Positions 20,587 through 31,158 of a stretch of 64,000 nucleotides of DNA are shown in pieces. The stretch lies in assembly GCA_022447685.1 (NCBI GenBank), contig JAKVAO010000001.1, positions 22,939 to 86,938 on the forward strand. The letters are read 5' to 3'. Origin of the DNA: Candidatus Caenarcanales bacterium. GTDB lineage: Bacteria; Cyanobacteriota; Vampirovibrionia; LMEP-6097. The position numbers and the translations under genes were made by a program. Numbering within the stretch: the first letter of the stretch is position 1; every line of letters starts with the position of its first letter. Below the pieces are notes generated by a model. The model was given only the letters and a program-made list of their open reading frames with translations, had not been told where the DNA came from and did not search any database.

Positions 20587-21498
20587 AGACAAAGCATCCA
20601 AAAATTTCAGGGAACCTGTTTTAATTCTAAGTTCATAGTCAAGTAATTTTTCAAGTAGTTTTTCAATGTGAACTAAATTCATATTTCTACTATCTTTTTT
20701 GAGGTGATAGACTCTGCCAGATTTGATATTGAGAACACTTGCAATTTGATCATCAGAGAATTTTTCCTGACTAAGCAGCAATACTGTTTTGAATGTATCG
20801 AGATTGCTCTGTAGCAGGCTCAGTAAGCCAAGATTATTTTCTTGTAGTTTATCTTTTTTTATTTTTTGAAGTTCATTGATGGCTTTTACTTGTTGATTAC
20901 TTGCAAGGTATTTAATAAATTCAAAAACATCATAGTTACTTAGGCAATATTCTTTTAGGTGACTGATTTTGAGCGGATTATGTATGAATGCCACTCTCTC
21001 GATTTCTTTGTATAGATGAGCTGAATCCTCGCAGCCAATATAATCAATAAACTCCCTAAGGTCTGGAGTCGATACTTTTATATCACTATTGTCTTTTAAT
21101 GCTTGACTGAGCCATTGAAGGCACTCTTTTTGCTCCCAGGATTTAAATTTTTTGAATTGTTCAATTTTGCATTCTTTGACCTGCTTCAGTTCTTTAAATA
21201 ATTTCGTTGTGGCTTTTACACTCTCTGCTTCGAGAACTATTGTTTTACTTTGATTACTGATAGTCTCTAAAAAAAACTTTATATACTTATCTTCTTGCTT
21301 TTCAGCAAATATCGATAGATTTTTGAAAATAAGGTTTTGTTTGTTATTACTATCAAACAAAGAGTTACCCTGATTTAGTATCGAGCATATATCCTCTAGT
21401 TTACTTGCATCATGAATTTTGAAATCTTCGTCATTACCCAGCTCTTTTAACCTGAGTTGACGTCTAAATCTATCTTCACCGTAGATAAGGTAAATCAT
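20569..21498 (-). CDS. holA: DNA polymerase III delta subunit
   Basis: N-terminal MIYLIYGEDRF (HolA IYLLYGEE motif) and C-terminal LLDYELRIKTG, which matches the B. subtilis HolA MDYEMKTG region. 309 aa. Confidence 0.7.
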   Translation of the reverse strand: MIYLIYGEDRFRRQLRLKELGNDEDFKIHDASKLEDICSILNQGNSLFDSNNKQNLIFKNLSIFAEKQEDKYIKFFLETISNQSKTIVLEAESVKATTKLFKELKQVKECKIEQFKKFKSWEQKECLQWLSQALKDNSDIKVSTPDLREFIDYIGCEDSAHLYKEIERVAFIHNPLKISHLKEYCLSNYDVFEFIKYLASNQQVKAINELQKIKKDKLQENNLGLLSLLQSNLDTFKTVLLLSQEKFSDDQIASVLNIKSGRVYHLKKDSRNMNLVHIEKLLEKLLDYELRIKTGSLKFLDALSLLVHA

Positions 21499-21528
21499 TC
21501 ATAGCTAAATATACTATATCTTTGCTAT

Positions 21529-21813
21529 CTACCCTATCATCTTCGATATAGATACTGGTTTTACAAATTGCTTAAAACTTTCTTGGGTTTTAGATTTACT
21601 TGAACTTACAAGTTTCTTTTCCTCTTCTTTGTTGTTTACTCTTTTGGTAAATAATGGAATACCTGATTCCCTTTCTTTTTTCCCTTGGGCAATGGCAGAT
21701 TTTAGTAATGTAGGCTGCCTTAAATCATCTCTTAATCTAGATGCAATTATTTCTCTTACTTTACTTAATTTAATTTTTTTCTTGGTTTGATTCATTATTC
21801 CTACTGACTCCAA
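21529..21813 (-). CDS. hypothetical basic protein
   Basis: 94-aa Lys-rich ORF. No convincing match (rpsT was considered and rejected). Confidence 0.3.
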   Translation of the reverse strand: MESVGIMNQTKKKIKLSKVREIIASRLRDDLRQPTLLKSAIAQGKKERESGIPLFTKRVNNKEEEKKLVSSSKSKTQESFKQFVKPVSISKMIG

Positions 21814-22015
21814 CTATTTATTAGCAATAAATGTAGTTTAATCAAAAAATATTAAGCCTTGGTTAAGAGTCCTGCTTTGCTCTATCTCTGGCAAAAATAA
21901 AAATCTTAAGCTTTTTTTCAATATGAATAAGTTATGGGAGCTAATACTTTGCTATCATATTAGTTCGTTATTTTTATGCTCAAGTTGAGTATCTAAATAA
22001 TTTCAGGTAAAACAT

Positions 22016-22858
22016 ATGGCCCTTAAGAAGAAAAATCCAAAAACACCAGGCGCTAGAGGCATGATCACTCTAGAAAGAACTGATTTGACTAAGTCAAAGC
22101 CAGAAAAGTCTTTAATTGTCAAGCTGAATAAGTCTACTGGTAGAAATAACTTAGGTAGAATCACTTGTAGGCACAAAGGTGGTGCTGTTAAGAAGAAATA
22201 CAGAATTGTTGACTGGAAAAGAGATAAGTTTGGTATTCCAGCTACTGTAAAAGCTATTGAATATGATCCAAATAGAAATGTACATTTAGCTCTACTTTTC
22301 TATAAAGACGGTGAAAAGCGTTATATCCTTGCACCTAAAGGTTTAAATATTGGAACAATTGTAGAGTCAGGCCCAGAATCTGAGATTGCTATCGGAAACT
22401 GTTTACCACTTAGAGATATTCCTCAAGGTACAACTGTTCACTGTATCGAGCTAAACCTTGGTAAAGGTGCTCAAATGGTAAGATCAGCTGGATCTTCAGC
22501 TATGCTATCTGCAAAAGATGGTGATTATGCAATTATCAAACTTCCATCTGGTGAGTTGAGAAGAGTTCATTTAGACTGTATCGCTACTATTGGTACTTTG
22601 GGTAATGCTGACCAGAAAAATACTGTTACTGGTAAAGCTGGTATTAATAGACATAAAGGTATCAGGCCTACTGTTCGAGGTTCTGCTATGAACCCTGTTG
22701 ATCACCCTCATGGTGGTGGTGAAGGTAGAGCACCTATTGGTGGTATTCCTAAAACATTTAAAGGTAAGAGAGTTGGTATTAAGACTAGAAAGAATAAGCG
22801 TTCTTCTAAGTACATAATTACTAACAGAAGAGGTAGAAAGGTAGCAGCAACTAGCTAG
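22016..22858 (+). CDS. rplB: 50S ribosomal protein L2
   Basis: [28 protein letters not shown]...[25 protein letters not shown] matches L2 throughout. Confidence 0.95.
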   Translation: MALKKKNPKTPGARGMITLERTDLTKSKPEKSLIVKLNKSTGRNNLGRITCRHKGGAVKKKYRIVDWKRDKFGIPATVKAIEYDPNRNVHLALLFYKDGEKRYILAPKGLNIGTIVESGPESEIAIGNCLPLRDIPQGTTVHCIELNLGKGAQMVRSAGSSAMLSAKDGDYAIIKLPSGELRRVHLDCIATIGTLGNADQKNTVTGKAGINRHKGIRPTVRGSAMNPVDHPHGGGEGRAPIGGIPKTFKGKRVGIKTRKNKRSSKYIITNRRGRKVAATS

Positions 22859-22874
22859 TTAAAAGGTAAGATTT

Positions 22875-23156
22875 ATGTCACGTTCAACAAAAAAAGGACC
22901 ATATGTTCATCATTCACTCTGGAAAAAGCTTCAACAAGCTATAGAGAAAGGTGAGAAGAAAGTTATCAAAACATGGAAGAGATCTTCAATGATACTTCCT
23001 GAAATGGTTGGTTTCACAATCGCTGTATATAATGGTCAAAAGTTTATTCCTGTGTATTGTTCAGAATCAATGGTTGGTCACAGGTTAGGTGAATTTGCTC
23101 TTACTAGAACATTTAGAGGGCATGCAGGATCTAAGAAAGCAAAAGTTGGCAGATAA
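22875..23156 (+). CDS. rpsS: 30S ribosomal protein S19
   Basis: [11 protein letters not shown]...[11 protein letters not shown]...[16 protein letters not shown]. Confidence 0.95.
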   Translation: MSRSTKKGPYVHHSLWKKLQQAIEKGEKKVIKTWKRSSMILPEMVGFTIAVYNGQKFIPVYCSESMVGHRLGEFALTRTFRGHAGSKKAKVGR

Positions 23157-23590
23157 TGGTAGAAAAAGTAACAGTTAAAGCAAGATTAGGATTTATTAGG
23201 CAAACTGCAAGAAAACTTCGCAGAACAGTAAATCTTATTAGAAAAATGAAAGCTGGTGAAGCTCTAGATACATTAAGGTTCCTACCTTATGCAGCAGCTA
23301 CTTCAGTGAAGAAATTATTAATGAGTGCAATGGCAAATGCTAAAGCTAATCATGGTATTGATAAGCCTGAGGATTTATATATTTCTCAATTCTTAGTTGA
23401 CGATAAAAGCATTCTAAAAAGATATAGAGCAAGAGCAAGAGGACGTGCTTTCTCTATATATAAAAGATGTTCACAAATGAATATTGTTTTAAGTGAAATG
23501 AATCCTGCTGAATATGCTAAGCATGTGTGGGAAGTGTCTCCTAGAAACAAAAAAAACTGGAAAAAGGATAATAAGGAGCTAAGCAAGTAA
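23156..23590 (+). CDS. rplV: 50S ribosomal protein L22 (with C-terminal extension)
   Basis: L22 core (KARLGFIRQTARKLRRTVNLIRKMKAGEALDTLRF) plus about 30 extra C-terminal residues. Confidence 0.9.
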   Translation: MVEKVTVKARLGFIRQTARKLRRTVNLIRKMKAGEALDTLRFLPYAAATSVKKLLMSAMANAKANHGIDKPEDLYISQFLVDDKSILKRYRARARGRAFSIYKRCSQMNIVLSEMNPAEYAKHVWEVSPRNKKNWKKDNKELSK

Positions 23591-24306
23591 TGGGACAGAA
23601 AGTACCACCACGCGCAAATAGATTAGGTATTGTTGAATCTTCTGATTCTATAACTTATGTAGAATTCAGAGCAGGACAATTTGCATACGTTCTTCAAGAA
23701 GATACTTTGATTAGAAAGTATGTTAAGAAGAAACTTAAAAACGCAGGTATTAGCAAAATTATTATTCAAAGAAAGCCTGGTCAAGTTCAAGTTAACTTGA
23801 TGACAGCGAGACCTGGTTTGGTTTTTGGTAAGTCTAACGAAGGTTTGGATACTTTAAGAGCTGAATTGACAGCACTTATTAATCGTCCAGAGCTTACCTT
23901 ACAAGTTAATGTTTTTGAAGTTAATAAAATTGATGTAGATGCACAGCTTATTGCTGAGAGTATTGCTCAGCAGCTTGAGAGAAGAATTGCTTTTAGAAGA
24001 GCAATGAAGCAGTTTATCCAAAGAGCGATGAGAGCTGGAGCTACAGGTATCAAGATTGAAGTTTCTGGAAGATTGGCAGGTATCGAGATTGCTAGAACAG
24101 AGAGATCTCAAGAAGGTAGTGTTCCTTGCCATACTTTTAGAGCAAACATAGATTATGGATTCTCTGAGGCCCTTACTACTTATGGAAACATTGGTATCAA
24201 AGTATGGGTAAATCATGGAATTCTTAAGCCAGGAGAAAAGGCGAAGTTAAATATTAAAGCCGCTGCTGGAAATATGGGAGGAGTAACAGCTAATGCTGCA
24301 GCCTAA
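23590..24306 (+). CDS. rpsC: 30S ribosomal protein S3
   Basis: [21 protein letters not shown] domain and C-terminal GILKPGEK. Confidence 0.95.
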   Translation: MGQKVPPRANRLGIVESSDSITYVEFRAGQFAYVLQEDTLIRKYVKKKLKNAGISKIIIQRKPGQVQVNLMTARPGLVFGKSNEGLDTLRAELTALINRPELTLQVNVFEVNKIDVDAQLIAESIAQQLERRIAFRRAMKQFIQRAMRAGATGIKIEVSGRLAGIEIARTERSQEGSVPCHTFRANIDYGFSEALTTYGNIGIKVWVNHGILKPGEKAKLNIKAAAGNMGGVTANAAA

Positions 24307-24706
24307 GAGAACTAAATTTAGAAAACAAATGCGTGGCCGCATGACTGGTAAAGAAACTCGTGGTGCTAAGATTGATTTCGGTGATATTGGTCTTCAAGCA
24401 CTTGAGCCAAAATGGATTACTTCAAGACAGATAGAGGCAGCTAGAAGAGCTATGACTCGTCATATCAAGAGGGGTGGTCGTATTTGGATTAGAATTTTCC
24501 CAGATAAGCCAGTAACAATGAGACCTGCTGAAACTAGAATGGGTGCTGGTAAAGGTAATCCTGAATTTTGGGTAGCTGTTGTTAAGCCAGGTAGAGTTAT
24601 TTTTGAAATAGCTGGTGTTGATCTTGCTTTAGCAAAGAGAGCATTAGAGTTAGCAGCTGCTAAATTCCCATGCAAATGTAAGATTATTACTAAGGAGGGT
24701 TTATAG
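24293..24706 (+). CDS. rplP: 50S ribosomal protein L16
   Basis: [19 protein letters not shown]...[36 protein letters not shown]. Confidence 0.95.
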   Translation: MLQPKRTKFRKQMRGRMTGKETRGAKIDFGDIGLQALEPKWITSRQIEAARRAMTRHIKRGGRIWIRIFPDKPVTMRPAETRMGAGKGNPEFWVAVVKPGRVIFEIAGVDLALAKRALELAAAKFPCKCKIITKEGL

Positions 24707-24708
24707 TT

Positions 24709-24915
24709 ATGTTATTAAAAGCTAAAGATTTAAGAGATAAATCAGTAGATGAATTGAAATCAGAGCTCAAAACATTATATAATGACTTATTCGAAGCTAA
24801 GATGGCACTTCACTCTAGAAAGCTTGAAAACCTTTCATCAATAAGAGAAATTAAGAAGTCGGTAGCTAGAATCTACACTGTAATTAAGGAAAAGGAAGAG
24901 CTAGAGAATGCCTAA
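24709..24915 (+). CDS. rpmC: 50S ribosomal protein L29
   Basis: 68 aa, [31 protein letters not shown]. Confidence 0.9.
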   Translation: MLLKAKDLRDKSVDELKSELKTLYNDLFEAKMALHSRKLENLSSIREIKKSVARIYTVIKEKEELENA

Positions 24916-25153
24916 AAGAAGATTAATCGGTATTGTAAAAAGCGCTAAAGTAGACAAAACTATCCAAGTTATAGTTACTACTAAAGTTAAGCATAAGCGT
25001 TATCACAAAATTATCAATAGATCAAAGACTTTTGCCGCTCATGATTCAGAAAATCTAGCAGCTGCAGGTGATAAGGTTCTTATCGAAGAATCTCGCCCTA
25101 TTTCTAAAACCAAGAAGTGGGTATTAGTCAATGTATTGGAGAAAGCTATTTAA
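24908..25153 (+). CDS. rpsQ: 30S ribosomal protein S17
   Basis: RRLIGIVKSAKVDKTIQVIV...KRYHKI...HDSENLAAAGDKVLIEESRPISKTKKW. Confidence 0.95.
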   Translation: MPKRRLIGIVKSAKVDKTIQVIVTTKVKHKRYHKIINRSKTFAAHDSENLAAAGDKVLIEESRPISKTKKWVLVNVLEKAI

Positions 25154-25163
25154 GGGATAAAGC

Positions 25164-25529
25164 ATGTTACAACAAGAAAGTGAGTTAAATGTTGCTGATA
25201 ACACTGGCGCTAAGAGGGTCAGAATAATAAGAGTATTGAAAGCTAACGCAAAGTTTGCTGAATTAGGAGATACTTTTGTTGCTACTGTTAAGGATGCACT
25301 TCCTAACATGTCAGTAAAGAAATCTGCGATTGTTCGTGGTGTGGTTGCACGCATGAAGAAACGTAAGAGAAGAAAAGACGGTAGTTGGATTGAATTCGAT
25401 GAAAATGCATGTGTCTTAATCGACAAAGCAGGAAACCCAATCGGTTCTCGTGTATTTGGTCCTATTGCTAGAGAGTTAAGAGAGCATGGATTTATGAAGA
25501 TCGTTTCTCTAGCTCAGGAGGTAGTTTAA
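25164..25529 (+). CDS. rplN: 50S ribosomal protein L14
   Basis: [25 protein letters not shown]...[23 protein letters not shown]. Confidence 0.95.
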   Translation: MLQQESELNVADNTGAKRVRIIRVLKANAKFAELGDTFVATVKDALPNMSVKKSAIVRGVVARMKKRKRRKDGSWIEFDENACVLIDKAGNPIGSRVFGPIARELREHGFMKIVSLAQEVV

Positions 25530-25972
25530 TGAATAACACTAAGAAAAAAAAGCCATTAAAGAGATATACTAAAGCTGCTGTTAAGCCTTTTGTGAAGAAA
25601 GGATCTAAGCTACTTTTATCTAGAGCGCTTAATAAGGTTGGAGCTTCTAACCCTAGAGTTAAGTCGCACGTTAAATGTGGTGATGAAGTTATTGTAATCA
25701 GCGGTTCTAGCAAAGGTAAAATTTCTAAAGTATTAGACGTTTTCCAAGATGGAACCATTATTGTAGAAGGCGTTAATGTAAAGACTAAGCATAAGAAAGC
25801 TTATGATCCTGGACAAGAAGGTGAAATTACTAAGATTGAAGCTCCTATTTATGCTTCTAATGTAATGATCTGGGATGAAACTGCAAAGAAAGCTTCAAGA
25901 GTAGGTAAGAAAACCCTTGAAAATGGTTCAAAGGTTAGAATTTCCAAAGTAAGTGGGGAGCAATTAGATTAA
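25529..25972 (+). CDS. rplX: 50S ribosomal protein L24 (with about 45-aa basic N-terminal extension)
   Basis: KOW core [21 protein letters not shown]... preceded by a Lys-rich extension. No alternative ATG is available. Confidence 0.85.
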   Translation: MNNTKKKKPLKRYTKAAVKPFVKKGSKLLLSRALNKVGASNPRVKSHVKCGDEVIVISGSSKGKISKVLDVFQDGTIIVEGVNVKTKHKKAYDPGQEGEITKIEAPIYASNVMIWDETAKKASRVGKKTLENGSKVRISKVSGEQLD

Positions 25973-26532
25973 TGGCTACAAGTTTAAAAGAAAAATATAA
26001 TAGCGAAGTAAAGAACGAACTTAAAGATGATCTTAAATGTGCTAACGTTCACCAAATTCCAAAATTACAAAAGATTATTATTAACTTTGGTTTAGGTGAA
26101 TCTGCATCTAATTCTAAAACTTTAGAGAGAGCAATTGAAGAATTAGCTAATATTTCTGGGCAAAAGCCAGTAATCACTAGAGCTAGAAAATCTATTGCAG
26201 GTTTCAAGTTAAGAGAAGGTGCTCCAATTGGTATCAAAGTTACTTTAAGAAGTGAAAAAATGTACAACTTCTTCAGTAAATTAGTTAATATCGCAATGCC
26301 AAGGATTAGAGATTTCCAAGGAATTTCTCGTAAGTCTTTTGACGGTAAAGGTAATTATACTTTCGGTATCAAGGAACAGATTATATTTCCTGAAATTAAG
26401 TATGATCAAGTAGACGCTATTAGAGGTATGGATATTACTATTTGTACATCTGCTACTAATGACGCTGATGCATTAGTACTTTTAGAAAAACTTGGAATGC
26501 CTTTCAAGAAGGTAGCTGGAGCAAAGGGATAA
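25972..26532 (+). CDS. rplE: 50S ribosomal protein L5
   Basis: [17 protein letters not shown]...[27 protein letters not shown]. Confidence 0.95.
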   Translation: MATSLKEKYNSEVKNELKDDLKCANVHQIPKLQKIIINFGLGESASNSKTLERAIEELANISGQKPVITRARKSIAGFKLREGAPIGIKVTLRSEKMYNFFSKLVNIAMPRIRDFQGISRKSFDGKGNYTFGIKEQIIFPEIKYDQVDAIRGMDITICTSATNDADALVLLEKLGMPFKKVAGAKG

Positions 26533-26539
26533 TTTAATT

Positions 26540-26845
26540 ATGGCAAAGAAATCTTGTATTCAAAAAACAAAGAAGAAAGAAAGGCTTATTGAAAAGTTTG
26601 CTAAGAAACGTGGTGAGCTAAAAGCTAAGATGAATGATCCAGAATTGGATTTTGAAGAAAGAATAGCAATTCAGGAGAAACTTGAAAACCTTCCACTTAA
26701 TTCATCTCGTGTTAGACACAGAAATAGATGTTGGTTGACTGGTAGACCTCGTGGTTACCATAGAGATTTAGGTTTATGTCGTAACTCACTTAGAGAGATG
26801 GCTCATAGAGGATTGATTCCTGGTTTAACGAAGGCTAGTTGGTAA
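26540..26845 (+). CDS. rpsN: 30S ribosomal protein S14 (long form)
   Basis: RCWLTGRPRGYHRDLGLCRNSLREMAHRGLIPGLTKASW. Confidence 0.95.
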   Translation: MAKKSCIQKTKKKERLIEKFAKKRGELKAKMNDPELDFEERIAIQEKLENLPLNSSRVRHRNRCWLTGRPRGYHRDLGLCRNSLREMAHRGLIPGLTKASW

Positions 26846-26857
26846 TCGGAGTATAAA

Positions 26858-27292
26858 ATGGTTGTAAAAGATTCAAAAACAAAAACAAATAAAGTAAGTA
26901 ACGATCCAGTATCTGATTGTCTTACTAGAATTAGAAATGCAGTAACTATCAAGAAAAATAAAGTTGATGTTCCTTTCAGTAAGTTAAAGCTAGCTTTAAT
27001 AGATTTACTTCAGAAAGAAGGTTACATTAAGTCTTATGAAGTAATCAATATAGATACTCCTTCAATGAAGTCTATTATTATTGAATTGAAGTATGTACAG
27101 GGTGAATCTGCGATTAAAGGCTTAAAAAGAGTTTCAAAGCCTGGACTTAGAAAATACTCAAAGTCTAAGTATGTTCCAAGAATTTTAAACGGTTTAGGTA
27201 TCTGCGTAATATCTACAAATAAAGGATTGATTACTGATAGAAAAGCAAGAGCTGAAAAATGTGGTGGAGAAATTCTTTGCACCGTTTGGTAA
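26858..27292 (+). CDS. rpsH: 30S ribosomal protein S8
   Basis: DPVSDCLTRIRNA...GLRKYSKSKYVPRILNGLGICVISTNKGLITDRKAR. Confidence 0.95.
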   Translation: MVVKDSKTKTNKVSNDPVSDCLTRIRNAVTIKKNKVDVPFSKLKLALIDLLQKEGYIKSYEVINIDTPSMKSIIIELKYVQGESAIKGLKRVSKPGLRKYSKSKYVPRILNGLGICVISTNKGLITDRKARAEKCGGEILCTVW

Positions 27293-27311
27293 TTTAAAGG
27301 GATAAGGAAAA

Positions 27312-27866
27312 ATGTCTAGAATAGGTAAGAAAGAAATAATAATCCCAGAAAATGTCCAAGTGACATTAGAGGAAAGTGATTTTGGAACTTTAGTTAAAGT
27401 TAAAGGTCCTAAAGCTGAGTTAGAGAAGTTAATCAGACCTGAGATAGCCTTAGCTCAAGAAGATAAAGTTTTGAAATTGACTGTAGCTAAGAAGACTAAG
27501 CAATCAAATGCTTTCTATGGTTTATCTAGAACTTTAATCAACAATATGATAGTTGGCGTTACAGTTGGCTTCAATAAAGAACTTGAGATTCAAGGTGTTG
27601 GTTATAGAGCTTTAATGCAAGGTCAAGCTATTAATTTTCAGCTTGGTAAGTCTCACCCAGAGGTTTTTGACGCTCCATCAGGGATTACTTTTACTGTTGA
27701 AAAAACAGGACTTGGAATTAAGGTTGAAGGTGCAGATAAAGAACTTGTTGGTCAAGTAGCAGCTTCAATAAGAGCTTTAAGACCAGTAGAAGTTTATAAA
27801 GGTAAAGGTATCAGATATAAAGGCGAGTATGTTCGTAAGAAAGCTGGTAAGTCTGGTGGTAAGTAA
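27312..27866 (+). CDS. rplF: 50S ribosomal protein L6
   Basis: MSRIGKKEIIIPENVQVTL...QGVGYRA...GIRYKGEYVRKKAGK. Confidence 0.95.
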   Translation: MSRIGKKEIIIPENVQVTLEESDFGTLVKVKGPKAELEKLIRPEIALAQEDKVLKLTVAKKTKQSNAFYGLSRTLINNMIVGVTVGFNKELEIQGVGYRALMQGQAINFQLGKSHPEVFDAPSGITFTVEKTGLGIKVEGADKELVGQVAASIRALRPVEVYKGKGIRYKGEYVRKKAGKSGGK

Positions 27867-27886
27867 AATTTTAAAGGAATTTCAAA

Positions 27887-28273
27887 ATGGCATTAGTTTC
27901 AAGAAAAGTTAGAAGACAGAAAAGGCATTTTAGGGCAAGAAGAAAGCTTGTTGGTACTCAAGACAGACCTAGATTATCTGTATATAGATCAAATAAGCAT
28001 ATTTCAGCCCAGATTGTAGTTGATTCAGATCCCGAGAATCCAAGTAAGGGAGCTATAACTCTTTGTGCAACTTCTTCTTATTCTTCTAAACTCAAACCTG
28101 AGTTGAATGGTGGAGCTAATGTAGCAGCTGCAGAGTTAGTTGGTAAAACTGTTGCTGAGCTTGCAAAAGAAAAAGGTATATCAAAAGTAGTTTTTGATAA
28201 AGGTGGAAATTTATACCACGGTAGAGTAAAGGCTTTAGCAGAAGCTGCAAGAGAAGCAGGACTAGAGTTTTAA
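27887..28273 (+). CDS. rplR: 50S ribosomal protein L18
   Basis: [18 protein letters not shown]...[23 protein letters not shown]. Confidence 0.95.
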   Translation: MALVSRKVRRQKRHFRARRKLVGTQDRPRLSVYRSNKHISAQIVVDSDPENPSKGAITLCATSSYSSKLKPELNGGANVAAAELVGKTVAELAKEKGISKVVFDKGGNLYHGRVKALAEAAREAGLEF

Positions 28274-28284
28274 TAGGAGTTTTT

Positions 28285-29055
28285 ATGTCAGAAGAAGCAA
28301 AAAAAGAGGAAAACAAAGTTAAGGTTACTGAAGTAAAAGAAACTTCTAAAGAAGCTGAGAAGGTAGTTGAAGTTAAAGCAGAGACTAACAAAGAAGCAAA
28401 TTCTAAAGATAAAGATGCTGGTGTAGCTGTTGCTAAGCTTGATGATACAGAAAGCGCAATCATTGGTAAAGAAGCTGCTCCATCTTCAGAAAAATCTGAT
28501 CCTAAAGCTTTTAACAAAAAGAAAAAGAAAAAAGACGGTGGTCAGAGAAGACAAAAGAGATCTGAAACTCAAGAAGCTGAGTACATAGAGAAAGTTGTTC
28601 AAGTTAGAAGAGTAACCAAAGTTGTTAAAGGTGGTAAAAAGCTTTCTTTCAGAGTTGTTGTTATTATTGGTAACGAGAAAGGTAAAGTAGGAGTTGGAGT
28701 TGGTAAAGCTTCTGAAGTATTAGGTGCTATTCGTAAAGCAGTATATGATGCTAGAAAGAACTTAGTTGATATTTCTATGGTTGCTAGCACTATCTCACAT
28801 AGAGTAGTTGCAAGAGCTGCTGGTTCAGAGATTATGCTTAAGCCTGCTGCTGAAGGTACTGGTATCATTGCTGGTGGTACAGCTAGGATTGTATTAGAGC
28901 TTTCTGGTCTAGGTGATATACTTGCTAAATCTAAGGGATCAAAATCTCCACTAAACGTAGCTAGAGCTACGATTAAAGCTTTACAATCACTTAGAAGTTT
29001 CAAAGACGTTGCAAAATTAAGAGGTTTAACTGTAAAACAAATGCTTTTTGCATAA
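28285..29055 (+). CDS. rpsE: 30S ribosomal protein S5 (with about 87-aa Lys/Glu-rich N-terminal extension)
   Basis: The S5 core (RVTKVVKGGKKLSFRVVVIIGNEKGKVGVGVGKASEV...AAEGTGIIAGG) follows a low-complexity KE-rich extension. Confidence 0.9.
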   Translation: MSEEAKKEENKVKVTEVKETSKEAEKVVEVKAETNKEANSKDKDAGVAVAKLDDTESAIIGKEAAPSSEKSDPKAFNKKKKKKDGGQRRQKRSETQEAEYIEKVVQVRRVTKVVKGGKKLSFRVVVIIGNEKGKVGVGVGKASEVLGAIRKAVYDARKNLVDISMVASTISHRVVARAAGSEIMLKPAAEGTGIIAGGTARIVLELSGLGDILAKSKGSKSPLNVARATIKALQSLRSFKDVAKLRGLTVKQMLFA

Positions 29056-29068
29056 AGGATCAATAATC

Positions 29069-29266
29069 ATGGCAGAAAAAAATAGAAAAAAAATATCAAT
29101 AAAATTAGTTAGAGGATATGCTGCAGCTTCTAAGAAACAATCAAAAGTTTTAGAATCTTTAGGATTGAGAAAAACTAATGCTGTAGTTGATCATTTCGAC
29201 TCTCCTACAATTTTAGGGATGGTTAAGAAAGTTGAGCACTTAGTGCAAGTTCAGGAACTTGTATAA
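29069..29266 (+). CDS. rpmD: 50S ribosomal protein L30
   Basis: MAEKNRKKISIKLVRGYAAASKKQSKVLESLGLRK...ILGMVKKVEHLVQVQEL. The internal Met was chosen as the start because it removes the overlap with rpsE (the ORF track starts at 29048). Confidence 0.85.
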   Translation: MAEKNRKKISIKLVRGYAAASKKQSKVLESLGLRKTNAVVDHFDSPTILGMVKKVEHLVQVQELV

Positions 29267-29291
29267 GTTATATTGTTAGGAGTTTGAGAAA

Positions 29292-29750
29292 ATGGCAGAG
29301 AATCTTAAGAATTTAGATAAAGCAGAAGGCTCAGTAAAGACTAGAGCTAGAAAAGGTAGAGGTATTGCTTCTGGTGCTGGTAAAACTAGTGGTAGAGGAA
29401 TGAGAGGTCAAAAATGTAGATCTGGTTATTCTAGGGAGCCTTGGAGAGAAGGTGGTCAGACTCCATTATATAGACGTTTACCTAAGAGACAAGTTAATAC
29501 TAGAGTTAATAGAAAAGAATACTCAATTATTAATTTATCTGATATACAAAGCTTGGCTGAAGCTGGACATAAAGAGATTAGCTTACTAGTTTTAGAGGAA
29601 GCTGGTTTTATCAAAAAAGCATTACCATATGGTCTTAAAGTTTTAGGTGCTGGTGAACTAAGTTCTGCTGTTACTGTTAAAGCAAATAAATTTAGTGAAT
29701 CTGCAAAGGAAGCTATAGAGAAAGCAGGTGGTAAAGCAATTGAAGTCTGA
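29292..29750 (+). CDS. rplO: 50S ribosomal protein L15
   Basis: [20 protein letters not shown]...[13 protein letters not shown]. Confidence 0.95.
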   Translation: MAENLKNLDKAEGSVKTRARKGRGIASGAGKTSGRGMRGQKCRSGYSREPWREGGQTPLYRRLPKRQVNTRVNRKEYSIINLSDIQSLAEAGHKEISLLVLEEAGFIKKALPYGLKVLGAGELSSAVTVKANKFSESAKEAIEKAGGKAIEV

Positions 29751-31119
29751 AAATAATCAAGTATTAAGTTTCCAAGAAATAACTAAATCATCAGGGCTCG
29801 TTCAAAAAATTATTTTTACGGCTCTGATGATATCTATTTATAGGTTTGGTGTTCATATACCTTTATATGGTGTTGATCAAGAAGCATTAAAATCTAGTAC
29901 TGTCTTATCTTCAGGTTTATTAGGTCTTGTTGATATGTTTGCTGGTGGTGCTTTAAGTGCTTTATCTATTTTTGCACTTGGTATTGGTCCTTATATTACA
30001 TCAAGCATTATTATGCAACTTTTGGTTGAGGTTGTATCTTATCTAAAAGATCTACAAAGAAACCAAGGAGAAGATGGAAGGCAACAATTCCAGAAAATTA
30101 CTAGATACTTAACTATAGCTCTAGCTTTCTTCCAGAGTTTAGCTTTAGCTAGATTCCTTGATGTGGCTCAGATTGCTGTCGACCCTGGTTTTGTATTTTA
30201 TGCTAGAACGATTTTAGTTTTAACTGTTACCTCTTTATTTGTTATGTGGTTAGGTGAGGTGATTACTGAGAAAGGTGTTGGTAATGGGGCTAGCCTCTTG
30301 ATTTTTGTTGGTATAGCTTCAAAACTTCCTGTAATGATAAAAGACACTGCTACAGCCCTAAGAGTGGGTTCTAGTCCTCAATGGGGAGTTATATCTCTTG
30401 TGATTCTATTCCTTGCATTGACGGTATTAATTATTTATATCCAAGAGGGATCAAGAAATTTAACTATATTTGGTGCTAGAAAGCAGAGTGTGGTAACAAA
30501 AGACCATATATTGCCTTTGAAAATAAATCCAGCAGGTGTACTTCCAATAATTTTTGCGAGTGCTTTATTATTTATGCCAGTTCAGCTTCTAACTTTTGCA
30601 GGTATGAGTGATAAATCAGTTTCTATCTTGTTGAGAGAAACCTTTGCTGCTCTTCCTGGTATAGCTAATCTTACAGGTACAAGTATTGGTGCTTTTGGCT
30701 CATGGGTTGCTGAAAGAATTGAATTTATATTTCAATACTCCAAAGTAGAACATTCAATTGTTTATTTAGTGATGATTGTTGCTTTCACTTTCTTCTACTC
30801 ATCAATAGTACTTAACCCTAGAGTTATAGCAGATAATTTGAAGAAATCTGGTAACTCACTTGAAGGTGTTAAGCCTGGTAAGCCAACAGCTGATTTTCTA
30901 GAAAAAACTATTTCTAGAATTGTTTTAATTGGTGCTGCTGCCATTGGTTTAATTGCTGTACTTCCAATTCATGCAGAGCAATGGTTCCAAGTAAACACAC
31001 TTGGTGGACTTGGTTCTACTAGTTTAATAATCCTAGTTGGTGTTGCTGTTGATGTTAGAAATCAAATTCTATCTTATATTCAAAGTCATAGATATCAAGC
31101 TAAAAGCCTTTTAGATTAG
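29728..31119 (+). CDS. secY: preprotein translocase subunit SecY
   Basis: 10-TM protein, [16 protein letters not shown] and [12 protein letters not shown] motifs. Follows rplO as in spc operons. Confidence 0.95.
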   Translation: MVKQLKSENNQVLSFQEITKSSGLVQKIIFTALMISIYRFGVHIPLYGVDQEALKSSTVLSSGLLGLVDMFAGGALSALSIFALGIGPYITSSIIMQLLVEVVSYLKDLQRNQGEDGRQQFQKITRYLTIALAFFQSLALARFLDVAQIAVDPGFVFYARTILVLTVTSLFVMWLGEVITEKGVGNGASLLIFVGIASKLPVMIKDTATALRVGSSPQWGVISLVILFLALTVLIIYIQEGSRNLTIFGARKQSVVTKDHILPLKINPAGVLPIIFASALLFMPVQLLTFAGMSDKSVSILLRETFAALPGIANLTGTSIGAFGSWVAERIEFIFQYSKVEHSIVYLVMIVAFTFFYSSIVLNPRVIADNLKKSGNSLEGVKPGKPTADFLEKTISRIVLIGAAAIGLIAVLPIHAEQWFQVNTLGGLGSTSLIILVGVAVDVRNQILSYIQSHRYQAKSLLD

Positions 31120-31158
31120 ATCTTGGTCTGGTATATTTATTTATCTATATATTCTAAA

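Noticed and set aside
21529-21813. Possible rpsT (S20) identity for the 94-aa basic ORF upstream of holA
   Set aside because: Lys-rich and the right size, but the conserved S20 N-terminal ANIKSAKKR and the helical core do not align. Left as hypothetical.
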